DNA of 63,521 nucleotides, filler included, from Phoronis australis (GCA_002633005.1; 7 parts of 7 records of this genome joined end to end with filler, not necessarily neighbours in it), one strand, 5' to 3'; positions 12,873 through 26,523 are shown, counted from the first letter of the whole stretch. Notes: generated from the sequence alone by a model not told the origin. A program made the numbers and translations.

Positions 12873-13142
12873 CTGCGAAGAGTCACAAGAAGGGCCGTGC
12901 CCGAGTGCTGTCTAATCAAATGCTTACAGGCAACGTCAGCCCTGGAGTTCTGCGCCTTCTGCTGTCACGGGGATGGTCTGGGGAGGGGATTAATGCACCA
13001 GCATATCCCCAATGATCCTGTACGTGACAGGTATTACAGGTATTACAGGCAGACGGAGTTCTTGAAATTATCCAACTACGTCATTGGTTTCACACGCAGT
13101 CTGTTCAGCAGTTCACAACACGGGTTACTGGTGTCAGCTTAA
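12873..13142 (+). CDS. Candidate last exon of a small Cys-rich secreted propeptide (5' end in gap)
   Basis: LRRVTRR|AVPECCLIKCLQATSALEFCAFCCHGDGLGR: basic cleavage site, six Cys (CC-C-C-CC), GC-rich third positions, AATAAA at 13167-13172. Confidence 0.4.
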   Translation: MRRVTRRAVPECCLIKCLQATSALEFCAFCCHGDGLGRGLMHQHIPNDPVRDRYYRYYRQTEFLKLSNYVIGFTRSLFSSSQHGLLVSA

Positions 13143-13808
13143 CGCTTGAATTCATCGTTTAACGCCAATAAATAATCAAACTTCGATGTAAAACCCTCAA
13201 AAATACACCGAGTTCTTATGAAAACGTGCTGTTTTATTTCGCTGTTACGGATATATTGGTATTGGGAAACTATATATACATGTATGCACTGCCTGCATTA
13301 ACAGTATCTGTATCCGTCTTTTGTAATAAATGTATTAAATGTAATAAAAGTTTTTGGTTTAGGTTCCTGTGAATAGGAAAGTAAATTTGCACGTAAAAGA
13401 CGTTGTTTTATTCGATGTAGTCGTATGGAAACGGCTGCAGGTTCCTGAAATTCTACCTGAGGATACGTTGGTAGCGAAAATTGTGGAAAGAAACACTAGC
13501 AAACTATTCACCATTCTAAAAGTAATGTAAATTTATCGACGTTGACCAAACCTGCAACTACGTAATACATGACACTTATCGTCGCATAGCGGCTCCGATG
13601 CTTTAAACTCATGGGGTTAGATTTGCTGCACAGATGTAGTTAGAGTCCTATCGACAACACACCTAATTTCATTCTCAACAGGCCCTTCGTGAGAAGACAA
13701 TTAATAAAAAGTGGCAGTCAGAATATATACCGTCAACATTGCCATATTATCGGCCGGGGGACAGTTTAATGGGAGCATTTCAACAGGCCAAAAGAAATGC
13801 TCTACCAT

Positions 13809-13810
<2 letters not shown>

Positions 13811-13849
<39 letters not shown>
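13811..13849. repeat. (AT)n microsatellite
   Basis: Pure AT dinucleotide run. Confidence 0.95.
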
Positions 13850-13854
<5 letters not shown>

Positions 13855-15519
13855 TGTTATCCTTAAATGTGATCTACATCCAGTTGAATTCATTTTTTGT
13901 AAAGGAGAAATTGACATAACAATCAGTATAGTTAGAAGTGAATGATGATCCACAAGAAAGGATACACAACAAAGAGGTGAAAAGTCACAAAATGGGTGTC
14001 AAAAAAGAAATATTTGCTTAAATGTGACAACGGTAACATACATACATAGACCTCATTTAAATAAATCAAGTGAACAGTTTGGTCTAATACATTTAGAAAA
14101 AATATGAATTGGCAACAAGTTCATTTTTAAGCACTCTAATTTGGCAGAGCCTTAAGAACTACTTTCTGTCCACGACTTTTGACTGCACGGACGACTTGTA
14201 CAACATGGATACAGCTCCATCATGTACATGTAGACTCTGAAACTGCGCCATTATAGGGACTTCAACGTTTGAGAACTCCCAAACAATTTTGATCTAACAA
14301 AACCTGGGGATTTCTATGAAAAACTGCTGTTGAGAACACCACGCTGACGTTTGGTGAGCTTCACTGCCATGATTATACGTAAAAATGAAGAGAAGGGGTG
14401 AAATAAAAAGGGAACTGATGCCTGAATTTTCACCTGCCAAAACAACAAAACACCGAGAAAATATTCTCCAGTCTGGGTCCAAGATTCGACAATATCTGAA
14501 ACTGAGCAAAGCTTGAGGGATTTTGCAAAGATGTCAATAAATGTACATCAGTCGGAACATGTCTACACCTTCCCAAGGATCTTCAAGCGACATAGTAACG
14601 AGGCAGGCGCTAAAATGAGGCCAATCGCGTTCTCCTCAAACGAACCTTGCTAAAATCCGAAAAGGGTTGAAATTATTTGTACCATACAATCCACGAAAGT
14701 TACCGATCCTCATAAATTGACGAACATCAATGACAGGGTTTCGAAGATACTGATGATGTGATACACCAGCTGTCAGCAGGCACTGGCCAGCTTGACGGAC
14801 GGAAATGTTGATTGCATTTATACCCTTTCATGTAGGTAATAGAAATGAAACTACAATATCAAATCCAGATACTATTTCTACAAGGCGAAAATTTCCACTA
14901 TCATCCTTTTAACGGAGTCAACAGAAAATTAAAGAAGACGACGTTAAAACATTTCAACTAAATTGCCACATTAACGAACAGCGCGACAAAAATAGACAAA
15001 GTCTGGCGCAGTGTCAGCGAACGATCGAGAAAAACACAGGTGATTCTACGTACAGCCCAATTCTTTTATTCGAGTGCCGTCAGTACATAGACAAACCCTG
15101 CAATCTCGACGATGAAACCAATGAGATGCATACACTGCACACAGATACGAAATACGAATGAATGGAACTGGCGGGTAAAACGCTTTTAAATGTCAGTACC
15201 ACGTGACAAAGTTCACAATCTGGGGGGTACTTGAAAATGAGTACAACAGGAAACAATACTTAATATACACAGGCAATATGAATGATTGCGTCTGCAGTAA
15301 CACTGTATTCTAGAAATGATACTTGTCAATCATATCTGAGGGCAAGGGCAGGCAATGGGGTGTTGTGGGGCCTGTTTGAGATTTTTAGATAAATACTAAC
15401 GGTGTCATGTTCAACTTCAGGTAATACAAATGTAGAACTGTGCGCGGTACTTGCTTAAACACAGTAAATTTGTAAAATCTTTGAAACAATAGATTAATGT
15501 CCTTGTTGCAAACTGCCCA

Positions 15520-17015
15520 TGCGGTTCCAGTATCCGAAAATACTTACTACATAAATTCTTATTTTCGATACCCTTTCTTTATATTCTTTTCGCCTTTCTT
15601 GCCAAAAGCGATTTTGTAACAGTATTTGACCCTTCTCTCTGAGCGTATGATTACCGGTTGTCATCGGTTATTTCCGTACCCACATTTCCGGCTCATCAGT
15701 TCAGGAACTTGTCCTGAACGCCGCCATTTTCTCCTTGTAACTGAATGTGCTATGGATTGCTCGAAAAGTCTTCATTATTTTGTTTTATTAGTAATATATC
15801 GTGATTCGTTTGCATATGTAGTGTATTTATAGTTTGTAGTTTGTAGTTAGTGGTCGTTGATTTTTTTGGAATGTTGACGCGTACTTAGTATGTTAAAATA
15901 GCATTGGTGTTTAGTCCCTTACGTAGGACGGTCGAACCTAGGAACCAATATGGGTCGAACCAATTTTTTTTTCGGTTTTATTTTTTTTTCTCGTTTTGAA
16001 AAAGTACTTTGCTATCATCGGAAAGGTAGTACATTCTACTCAGTAAAAATCGAAAAAGTATCAAAATCGGGGCAAGCACTGTAAAGTTATTTCAAGTTTT
16101 GTGGCGAAATTTGGGTCACTTTGTTTGGATCGCGTCGGCCATATTGGAGGACAGCGGGGAGAGTTACGAGTTTAAAACTTTGTGTAAATTGTTTTCGCCA
16201 ACAAATTACGGTAAAATTTAGTTAGACATATCTTTACTTACTATTCTGCACGATTTAGCAGTGTTCACCAAATTTCAACCTCGCAATTGTTACTCATTAA
16301 GTGATAAATGTGTTCACAATTCCCGTTGGACTTCGATCGTCTCATTTCTGGCGGCACCTACAATGTCAACTTTTGCTGAACTGAAAGGCATGTTCAATCG
16401 GCTACTTTGTAATTTGTGAAGATTTAACATTGATACATATTGACAAACATTGCTACAAAAAAGAAACTTTGTTCAATTTTCGTGTTTTTTGTGTTTGTGG
16501 CCAGCAGTGTGACACAGGACTAACCAGCCCGTAATTTCATGCAAGTGTCTGAAACTAACTTTGAATATATGCAGCATTTATCATTTGACCATTTCATTAC
16601 TTCGACAAAACAGCTTGCAACCGCATGCATTTACCGTTCGCCGAGTGTCTGGTCTCGATCCGTACCGGGTCCGATAGGCTGCGGTCCCGAGTCTTGCAAA
16701 ATAATTTGTCAAAATTTATTCGCCACATTTCTTCAGCAAATTCCATAAAATTGTCCGTAGTTTGATTTTTCAAAATTAAGGCGCGCTGTCGATTTTTTTA
16801 TCCCCGTTTGCTGGATGGTAACAGTACAGGCACTGCTCCAGTCGCCCTGACGGCGTTCTCAGCCTGGGTTCCTGAATGAATCGTACTTCCGGGTTTGCGG
16901 CAAGTTCAAAATGGCGGTGTTTCTTCGGGTGCGAATCGTGAGTGGCGCGTTCATTTAAACTGTTTTCGAGTACGGATCGTGTATTAGTTATGGGGTAGGT
17001 ACTTCTTGGATCCTT
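15520..17015. mobile_element. Non-autonomous DNA-transposon-like interspersed repeat
   Basis: 15523-15793 is nearly identical to 36562-36832, and 15929-16060 to 38340-38460. Ends are degenerate inverted repeats (atccgaaaatacttactacat versus the reverse complement of atggggtaggtacttcttggat). Confidence 0.5.
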
Positions 17016-18027
17016 ATAACATCTTCTAACCATGTAATAAGGGTTAACAACGCGTGAGACAAGGACTTTAAACGAAGTTTTTGCTACACAATCGACATAA
17101 ATGTTACTGCTGGAAACATGGTTGATTTGAAACCTGAACGTTACCAGCTAAATTAATCATCCATCGACAAGTGTTTCTGAAAATCAAGTGATATAATTCA
17201 ACTATTTATGCTGAGTACTGACTCGGAGGGTTGCACTAAAAATCATCCCCAGGAGGTACTTTATTCACAGACTGAGTTGCAACTTGTTTGGCTGTAAAAC
17301 AATTAAAACACATCCATGCAATTAGCCAAAGAAGCATCAGAAAATTAAGTGACTAGATCTATCCCCATTCGTACTCATTACCTTCCACATTTAGCTAAAG
17401 AACTTATCCAGAATTTTACAAAACAATGCAATGCCTTGTGATTTACTTGAACTTTGTAAGCTGAGTACTGACTCGGAGGGTCAACGCAGGAATAATCGTA
17501 TATCCAGGGGGTACTTTATTCACAGGGTTGCAGCTGGTTTGGCTGTAAAACAAATAACAAATTCATGCAAATAGCCAATGAAACGTCATCAAGGGAAATA
17601 ACTTGATCAAAGCATAGTGGGTTTGATATGACGTGATATTTCATGAACTTCATAATGTGTGCGCAGCCTCATACAACGAATCTATTCCAAAACACATCCA
17701 ACTTTAATCCCATCAGGCTCTTCCTAGCAACACATCTAATACCAAGCGCGACATAATATTATACTGTCAGCACTTAAGCAGGCTTAAAGTAATTTAAAAA
17801 ACTGATATCTATAGTCACCATCCATTGAAATGATTAGAGAACAGTCCATCGTGAAAACCTGACTTCGTAAGAAAACAACTGCAGTATAGCAACTACTCGA
17901 TACATTTTGATAACAAAATCGCATTACTGATTGAGGTGAAAGCAACTAAGTTTTTTAACGTTAAGCTCTATGTAATCAATGAAGAGAGCTACAATGAAAT
18001 ATTAAGTAAGAGAAAATATCAACATAC

Positions 18028-18063
18028 CACCACCTTCACCATTTCCGGTCAAAGAAGATGTTC
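18028..18063 (-). CDS. 36-nt symmetric phase-1 micro-exon, type A (GTSSLTGNGEGG)
   Basis: ttctatag|GAACATCTTCTTTGACCGGAAATGGTGAAGGTGGTG|gtatgt. Paralogues at 26524, 35700 and 39677 keep both splice sites. Confidence 0.45.
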
Positions 18064-19945
18064 CTATAGAAAAAAAATCGATTTCACGATCAGCATTTCT
18101 ACAAACTCGAGTAATTAGGTACAACTGATGTGAACTCTCATTTATCAAAGTGATCAGGAAAAACTGATTTTGTGAAAAAGACATGCAGTCTTCAGCAACC
18201 CCACTAATTGCTTTGATAAGAAAATGACACTATTGTTGCATGTTATGATTACGACCTAATTTTTAGTTATTGTTGTTGTAATGAAAAAATAATTTCACTT
18301 CAAAAGAAGGTGTTTCCGGGATGCAAGCAAATGGAAACGGTTGGTAGTTCCTGAATTATTTCCTGAAGACACACAAAACGAAATTGTAAAAAAAAAACAC
18401 GGAGATTCATTTCATGTGTCAAAAAGTAAGCGCGTCGAGGTTTACAAAACGTGTAACTAAGTAATAATGGACGGTTATTGGCACCCAAGAAGTCCTATAC
18501 TTGAATCTCATAGGCTTGAACTAGCCGCATACGTGTAAGTCGAGTCCATTAGACAACACTAATAATTTCAATCTCATCAGCCTCTCCCTGAAAATATAAA
18601 ATACCAATTACAAGAGCATATGCCCTCAATATTTCGTAATATCGTCTGGACGGCACTGTAATGGCGGTAATCAACAGGTCTAAAGTAATGCGATCAAATT
18701 GATGTATATAATTATCCATCAAAGTGATCACAGACCATAAAAGAATTATATTTCACAAGAATAATTCAAACCGTGTAGATCAGAAATTAACGTAACAAAA
18801 CACTAGTTTATTCCTCAGCAGTTTAAGCTGCCAGGAACCGCAAATGTGATCTCTGCCCACGAGACTTTTAGGGGCAGACGACGTGTACGACTTCGATACA
18901 GCGCGCTCATGCAGTAACTTCAATGTTTGGGAACTCCCGTACAATTGATGATTCATCAAAACCCCGAAAACTCTATTGCAAGTGGCTGCTACGACCATCA
19001 CAGTGGCCTGTGATGCGCATCCCTGCTTTGACAACGTACAAAGGAAGAGGAAACCGGCAGACATACAGGGCACTGATGCCATAGAAAAAGGACCTTTGCA
19101 GAAATGAATGTCAAGCGTGTACCAATCCCACGGAACTTGGTAGATCCCTAAGCAGAAGAAAACAATTGCCATCAGGGGCACCGCAGTAGTTCAACACGCG
19201 AAGAATGAAAAAGCAGATACTAAAAACGACGACAGGGGGTGCAAAATACGTACAGTAGAATGCATCTGAAAATAGTTTGGTGTCGTTTTTTCTACAACAA
19301 GTACATGTTTGCAACGTTTAATTATTATCCACCATAAGTTAACCTAAAGCATAACACTTGGCGGAACACAATCAGTGAATGTTTGTTGTCCTCAAAATTT
19401 CACAAAAGTCCATGAAAGGGTGTCACAGATAATGGTCATCCGATACATCAGAAGTAGCCAGGCACTGACCAGCCGGACTGACAGGGATGGCGATTGCATT
19501 AGTCATTTACATGTTGGCTCAGACAAATTTAACTCGAATATCAAAGTACGGCACACTTTCTGCCAGGTGACAAAAGGTGCAAAATGTCATTATGATCCTT
19601 TAAAAGGAGATGATTGATGAAGTCGTCATTAAAACATTTCAAATAAAGTGCCACCATATGAAACTGCTCGAAGCCTCTCTTTCAGAACACAGACATGTCA
19701 TTCAACTGTGAAGGCAAAGGCAGAAAATGAAATGTTCTGGGGCCTGCGTGAGTTTGTCAATAAATAGTAATGTTTAATTCCAGGTAGTAGTGGAGTAAAG
19801 CCTTTCATTGTACTTGACTACAATAATTAGTAAAATTGAAAATATTTGAAACAACTTACATAAAGTTTTTGCAGTCGTCGAATTGCTTTCTTGTTGTAAT
19901 TTCTAAATCACTAAATAAAGTAAAAGGATAAAATTCATCATTTAA

Positions 19946-20888
19946 ACAGTACACACCATGGACTTTTGCACAATTTGAATTACCGGTGGCCACAGACTAA
20001 ATGTATGACGTAAAATTTAGCTAGACTCATGTTTATTTTGTGTAATTAGCTCGAAATTTTGATTTTTCTTTCAATTTTGCCAATTTTCACATTTGCCGCC
20101 ATGTGACGTCATGGGTTGAACACAAGAGATCAGTGACTAGCATTGAACAATAGCGGAGAGCAAGGAATTTGAAAGCGACGACGATTATGAGCAAGAATTG
20201 AACAAATACTATGAAAAAACGTACTGCAATGGTGGCCAGGATGAGGAAATGGGGTTGCACGAAAGCGAGAACAAGTTCAATTTGCTTCCGGCTGCGTACT
20301 TTTCTACTTTGAGCCTTACGAACTAGATCCTCCCGCGAGAGAAGCGGCCTCGGGCTCAGCTAGTCAACCCAGTCATCACAGACGATCCTGAATTAAGAGC
20401 TGATGTTTCTGAATGATAAATAATGTCCTTTATTGAACCAGGCCTTCATCGTAACGTCTCATGTGACTGGAGTCGAAACACCAGTCCTCAAAGTGGGCAG
20501 AACACTGAGTGGCCCCGGACCGAATCGCTTGGACCACGATGACGTCCCACACTCTCGTTCGGCTCACGAAGCGATGTCATTTCTGCGCAACTTTGATGTC
20601 CTCCGGAACACCGAGACGTTCTCCGCCTGGCTGCTGTTGCTGCAGCCTCCGGAAACACATCTTTTGATCCCTCTACGAACCTTCTCGACGTTAAATATAC
20701 TTTGCTTTCTCTTCACTGTATACACTTTGTCTCTGATCCGAACAGTGTGGCGAACGACTTGGGTTCAACCTATGACTATAATTATTATTTTTGCGTGTTT
20801 CTTGATGAGCTGTGCACTAAAGGCAATGCAATCAAGTAAGATATAATAATAGAATTTATTTTGAGGTACTAGTCATGTTGTGTACACT
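19946..20888. mobile_element. Internally deleted Kolobok-type DNA transposon (THAP transposase N-terminus plus KolX/P2X7-ballast-like N-terminus)
   Basis: TTAA at 19942-19945 and 20889-20892, with a 12/15 TIR match (acagtacacaccatg / agtgtacacaacatg). Minus strand about 20672-20430: KRCVSGGCSNSSQAENVSVF.PEDIKVAQK*HRFVSRTR...CSAHFEDWCF (THAP, disrupted). Plus strand about 20150-20415: acidic N-terminus with YFEPY...DDPELRADVSE. Confidence 0.7.
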
Positions 20889-23573
20889 TTAAGGACTGTC
20901 ACTGTAAACATGTCAAAACTGTGAGAATACAAAGGTCTCCTGAATAGCTTCCCTTTTCAGCTAAACACTGAATAAGAATTTAAAAAAACACTAAATTTCC
21001 TGTGATATTAATTCAAGTACTCCAGCTGAGACCTGATTCGAAAATTCAATTTCAGCCTATTCGCGTCTGCAGTAGGTGGTGCATTCACAGACAGATTTGC
21101 AGCCGGTTGGCTGTAGAAACAGTTACAACACATTCATTCAAGTAGCCAGTGAAGTTTGAAGTAAAGAAACTGATTAGATGTCACTACAGTCGGGTTGTTG
21201 TGACGTGTTTTGGAATCCTTGACGCTAGTTGTCTATCTTGGGTCTGATAAATGGACTTTATCGGGTGTGTGCAGCGGCATGAGAGGGAGATCCATTGCAA
21301 AACACATTTATTTGAATCTCAACAGGCTCTCCTTGACAACACAATTAATACCAAGTGCGACAGCATATGCTGCCACCATTGACCTAAAATAAAATGGCAG
21401 TGTTGTAGCAGGCCTAATAATGCGGTATAACAGGCGGCTAATGTCTTCCATCAAAGTGATCCGTCATCGTCAAAAATCGGTTTCGTAAGAAAACACATGC
21501 GATACATACTGTAGCAACGTAGCACGTTTACATCCGGCAAGTACATGTATGATGGCTGCTCATACCATAGTCAATCGAGATACTCTTAAGGTAATCAACG
21601 TTTGACGAAATGGACAGTGGCTTCCACTGTGATCAAATTACTAAAGGGACGCTGGCCACTAAGGCACTTTAATTTAATTACCATTGCAGCTACCAAAGTA
21701 ATTAACGTTTGCAAAAAATAAGAAGAGGTTCCCCCTATCCCAGCATTAAGGCAAGGGATGACGGCCACTTGGGCATGTTGTTTGCAACTATCTACTCCAT
21801 TTAACCTTCTCAATTTTTTGGACTTAAAGTGCTTCAAATCACACTCAAAGTATAACGCCATATGGTTATCCCCTGGCGCAAGCAATGTCGATTTGGCAAA
21901 TGAACAAGGGAGTGTTCGAAAAATAGGATTGCAGGAGTATGTGTGTAAATTGGGACCAATTAACGGCCTCTTCAGAGGCATCTCTCTACGCGGTACTTCT
22001 AAATTTATAGCAACATGGCTTATGGTTTAACCTGTGTGATGCATAATTTGCCGAAATGCATATGGCACACGGAGTACCTATAGTATGATCACCGTATCTA
22101 CTGTGTCAGCGGTATTGTCTAAGGCCTAGGCAGCCAAGGGACTGAACAAATTAAAAAATCAACTGGTGATAATACTGAAACACACATGGAAAACACCAAG
22201 ATGTACCTTTCAAAAACAAGTACCTGTTTTTTAAAGATATAAAGTTGTTACTTCTTTCTCTTTCTTGAAATGTGGTCCATAATATACTTTTCCTGCTAAC
22301 AACTGATGCACTCGTGTTTCAGAGCGTTCCTATCTTGTTCAGGTGAAATGGGTGTGTTGTGAAAGTGCTTCCGGTGAATCATACATGTATATGAGCCTCT
22401 GTTAGCCACTCGCTAAGGGGCAATTGCCTATTACCTGAACGGTTAGCATGCTAGCCGGTTTTATGGGGGTCGCTGGTTCGATTCCCTAGGTCGGCTAATC
22501 TCGGCTATTACTATAGGTGTTCTAGATTTTGGAAGTCTAATCGATATTCTTTGGAAATTTTGGGTAACATCTGTATCACTTTCATATGCTTCAGCTTTAG
22601 TACTGCTGCTTGTGTCTTGAAACGTTGGTATATCTTTCGATGTCCTTTCAATTTTTGGTCTGACACTTGGTCTTCTGCAGCAGTATGCAGGAGATGCAGC
22701 TGTTTTCTGCTTAGAAACCACTTCTTCTTATCAATCTACTGGTTTACAGAGTTCCACAGTCCATCAGCTTTTGTCAGGATGCTTGTCTAAGCTTTTTCAG
22801 GTTCAGGCATTACGATTTTGTGCTGTTTGATAAACCTTGATTTATACAGGCATCACACTCCATTGGAGCATCGATATTGAAATTACTCCGCACAACAATA
22901 CAATCTTGCTCTCTGATTGGTCAATTCATTAGAAAAGCTCCACCAAATGGCAGGAATGCATAACGCTAAACCCTTGTGAGAGACCGCCCCGAGTTGGCTG
23001 CTGGAGCAACTCGGGGCGGTCTGGGATCAAGCGGAAAAACCACAGGGTAGATCTGTGGTCGACGAATCTATTCGGTCGATTACATTTTATTGCCCGTGAA
23101 GACGCTAAGGGCTGCCTGAAGAAATATGACTCGCGAGTTTGTATTTTCGCCTTTTTCAATGACATGTAAAAGATTCATCAACAAATTCCTCGTAAAATTC
23201 TGAAAACAAGCGTTTTTCTCCTACGAAAATCGATGAAGTTTTGGCCGAGATATTTCACTTTCAGTCCAGGCTAGCCCTGCACACTCAGAGAATCGTCCCA
23301 CAAGATTACTACGCGGTAATGCGGTTTCACTGTCAACAAAGAAAGACGTCAAAATCAACTTATAATTGTCATTTTTAAACTATTTGCATGTTAAATTATC
23401 AAAATGTAAGTAAACTCGTACTCTATATTTTAACAAGAAAACAACAATTTCATTTTGGTGAACATGTCTATAAGGACCTAACTCGCGCATGGTGGTGAGT
23501 AGTGAGTTCGGCCAACACGTGAGGATGGCTGTATTGTTGTTTTTGCTCTCAACTCAAAAGTAGCCGTTTCAAA

Positions 23574-23781
23574 ATGGAAGATGGACAGAAAATGCAGGCA
23601 GTTGACGAAAACGGCCATTGGAAGGAAGCAATTGAGCGGAGAGTAAATGACAGCGCTGGGAATTCACGTCGGTTTTCCTGGATGGCCGTCTGAGTTTGAC
23701 CAGCTCGTCGAACCGTGATTCGTGAGAGGCTGAGCCGATCGACTACGTCGTGCTCGGTACCTGGACCTGGTGAAGAAAAAC
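23574..23781 (+). pseudogene. Frameshifted first exon encoding a Tudor-knot / chromo-barrel / Agenet-like domain
   Basis: ATG..MEDGQKMQAVDENGHWKEAIERRVNDSAG / IHVGFPGWPSEFDQLV, then donor gtaagt. Fits G.K.EA.D..G.W..A......V.F.GW...D. One frameshift and a stop. Confidence 0.5.
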
Positions 23782-25941
23782 GTAAGTATTTTTTGTCATC
23801 CCTTATGCTCGCATGATGCTGTTGGTTGTATAGATAAAGTATACCGTGTTTGCGTGGGATTTTGTGTTCATGAAATTACAGACTATGTACTTGTACCACA
23901 TTTAAAGTCAGAGAAACATTGTTACTTAGTGAAAGGTAAACGTCTGGTCGAATATACCATGGTGCCTTCAATGTTGTGTTTGTTCTTTGTAAAGTAGATT
24001 TACTGTAACAAGTCCGATGTTGTCGGATTGAATTGGTATTCCGGGATTTTCAATGCCAGCGGCAGATCCAGATTTTTTGGAATGGTGTTCGCAAATGAAA
24101 TAATGTCAAGCCATTGTTTTAAATTACCATTTAAGTTTTATTAATAAGAGGTGGAGACAGCAATCTTCAGCCGTGTCTTTGTTACCTTGTTCTCATTTCT
24201 TTACATTTGTTTATGTTTCATTTCCTTGTTTTCTGTAGATCCCCCCAACCCCCTTGCTATGGTGCACTCTCTGTTAACTGAATTTGATGACATAATATAT
24301 TGATAAGCCATTGTATTCTGCATACCAGTACTAGCCTAACCCTTAGTCCTACACACCTGGCCCTATTGTTCACTCTTGACTTTTGTTTACAAAATAATAC
24401 AGTCCAGTCTACACCCTGATTGCTTAGTTTAATATTTACCAGTGAGTAAACAGTATTTCACTTGTTGAACCTTTTCTTACATGCAGCTCTTGCTTGACAG
24501 TGCACATGTACTTTCATCTCCTCTTTTTCGAACCACTCATTAAAGCGTTTTATGGGGTTCGGTTTCTTTTCATGAATGTTTTCATCGTTGGNCCTTGTTC
24601 TCATTTCTTTACATTTGTTTATGTTTCATTTCCTTGTTTTCTGTAGATCCCCCCAACCCCCTTGCTATGGTGCACTCTCTGTTAACTGAATTTGATGACA
24701 TAATATATTGATAAGCCATTGTATTCTGCATACCAGTACTAGCCTAACCCTTAGTCCTACACACCTGGCCCTATTGTTCACTCTTGACTTTTGTTTACAA
24801 AATAATACAGTCCAGTCTACACCCTGATTGCTTAGTTTAATATTTACCAGTGAGTAAACAGTATTTCACTTGTTGAACCTTTTCTTACATGCAGCTCTTG
24901 CTTGACAGTGCACATGTACTTTCATCTCCTCTTTTTCGAACCACTCATTAAAGCGTTTTATGGGGTTCGGTTTCTTTTCATGAATGTTTTCATCGTTGGT
25001 TTCTAATTCGTTCAACTGCTTCCCAAAACATCCATTTCTTCATATTTTTAAAACTCCTGAGTCCTGAGCATTGGGCAACACTCAACAATCCCTCTCAAAA
25101 ATGTTGCCCTTCCAAACAGTGATGTGACCTTCTGACTACATGAGTGTAAGNACTTTGAGCCTTACGAACTAGATCCTCCCGCGAGAGAAGCGGCCTCGGG
25201 CTCAGCGAGTCAACCCAGTCATCACAGGCGATCCTGAATTAAGAGCTGATGTTTCTGAATGATAAATAATGTCCTTTATTGAACCAGGCCTTCATCGTAA
25301 CGTCTCATGTGACTGGAGTCGAAACAGCAGTCCTCAAAGTGGGCAGAACACTGAGTGGCCCCGGACCGAATCGCTTGGTCTACGATGACGTTCCACACTC
25401 TCGTTCGGCTCACGAAGCGATGTCATTTCTGCGCAACTTTGATGTCCTCCGGAACACCGAGACGTTCTCCGCCTGGCTGCTGTTGCTGCAGCCTCCGGAA
25501 ACACATCTTTTGATCCCTCTACTAACCTTCTCGACGCTAAATGTACTTTGCTTTCTCTTCACTGTATACACTTTGTCTCTGATCCGAACAGTGTGGCAAA
25601 CGACTTGGGTTCAACCTATGACTATAATTATTATTTTTTTCAATTTTTGCGTGTTTCTTGATGAGCTGTGCACTAAAGGCACTGCAATCAAGTAAGATAT
25701 AATAATAAAATTTATTTTGAGGTACTAGAGTCATGTTGTGTACACTTTAAGGACTGTCACTGTAAACATGTCAAAACTGTGAGAATACAAAGGTCTCCTG
25801 AATAGCTTCCCTTTTCAGCTAAACACTGATTAAGAATTTAAAAAAACACTAAATTTCCTGTGATATTAATTCAAGTACTTCAGATGAGACCTGATTCGAA
25901 GGAATGCGGTATGATAACTAAAAAATTCAATTTCAGCCTAC

Positions 25942-25991
25942 TCGTATCTACAGGAGGTGGTGCATTCACAGACAGATTTGCAGCCGGTTGG
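25942..25991 (-). pseudogene. Micro-exon type B, 50 nt, frameshifted (would read KPAANLSVNAPPPVDT)
   Basis: gacag|CCAACCGG...GATACGA|gtaggc, one base shorter than the 51-nt copy at 39324. The copy at about 21062-21111 has lost its donor GT. Confidence 0.4.
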
Positions 25992-26523
25992 CTGTCGAAA
26001 CAGTTACATCACATTCATTCAAGTAGCCTGTGAAGTTTGAAGTAAAGAAACTGATTAGATTTCACTACAGTCGGGTTGTTGTGACGTGTTTTGGAATCCT
26101 TGACGCTTGTTGTCTATCTTGGGTCTGATAAATGGACTTTATCGGGTGTGTGCAGCGGCATGAGAGGGAGATCCATTGCAAAACACATTTAATTTGAATC
26201 TCAACAGGCTCTCCTTGACAACACCATTAATACCAAGTGCGACAGCATATGCTGCCACCATTGACCTACCATAAAATGGCAGTGTTGTAGCAGGCCTAAT
26301 AATGCGGTATAACAGGCGGCTAATGTCTTCCATCAAAGTGATCCGTCATCGTCAAAAATCGGTTTCGTAAGAAAACACATGCGATACATACTGTAGCAAC
26401 TCCTCGAAATGATTTGATGAGAAAAAGACCATGGTACAGCTTGCCGTCAAAGGTTATAATTTTTCACTTTATGTTAAGCACTATATCATTTAATGAACAA
26501 AATTAGTTAAAATATCAACATAC

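Noticed and set aside
12897-12965. Insulin-like A-chain
   Set aside because: Spacing is CC-x3-C-x9-C with an extra CC, and no B-chain is visible. Kept only as a generic Cys-rich peptide candidate.
20433-20846. 137-aa plus-strand ORF (and 25279-25695) as a membrane protein
   Set aside because: It is the antisense shadow of the broken THAP region, and it recurs only because of the duplication.
24185-24998. Apparently exact 407-bp tandem duplication (similar case at 42540-42746)
   Set aside because: The copies flank a single n, which indicates unmerged contig overlap rather than biology.
25950-26030. Plus-strand GGGAFTDRFAAGW as a heparanase or kinase motif
   Set aside because: Paralogues have stops in this frame, and the conserved splice signals are on the minus strand.
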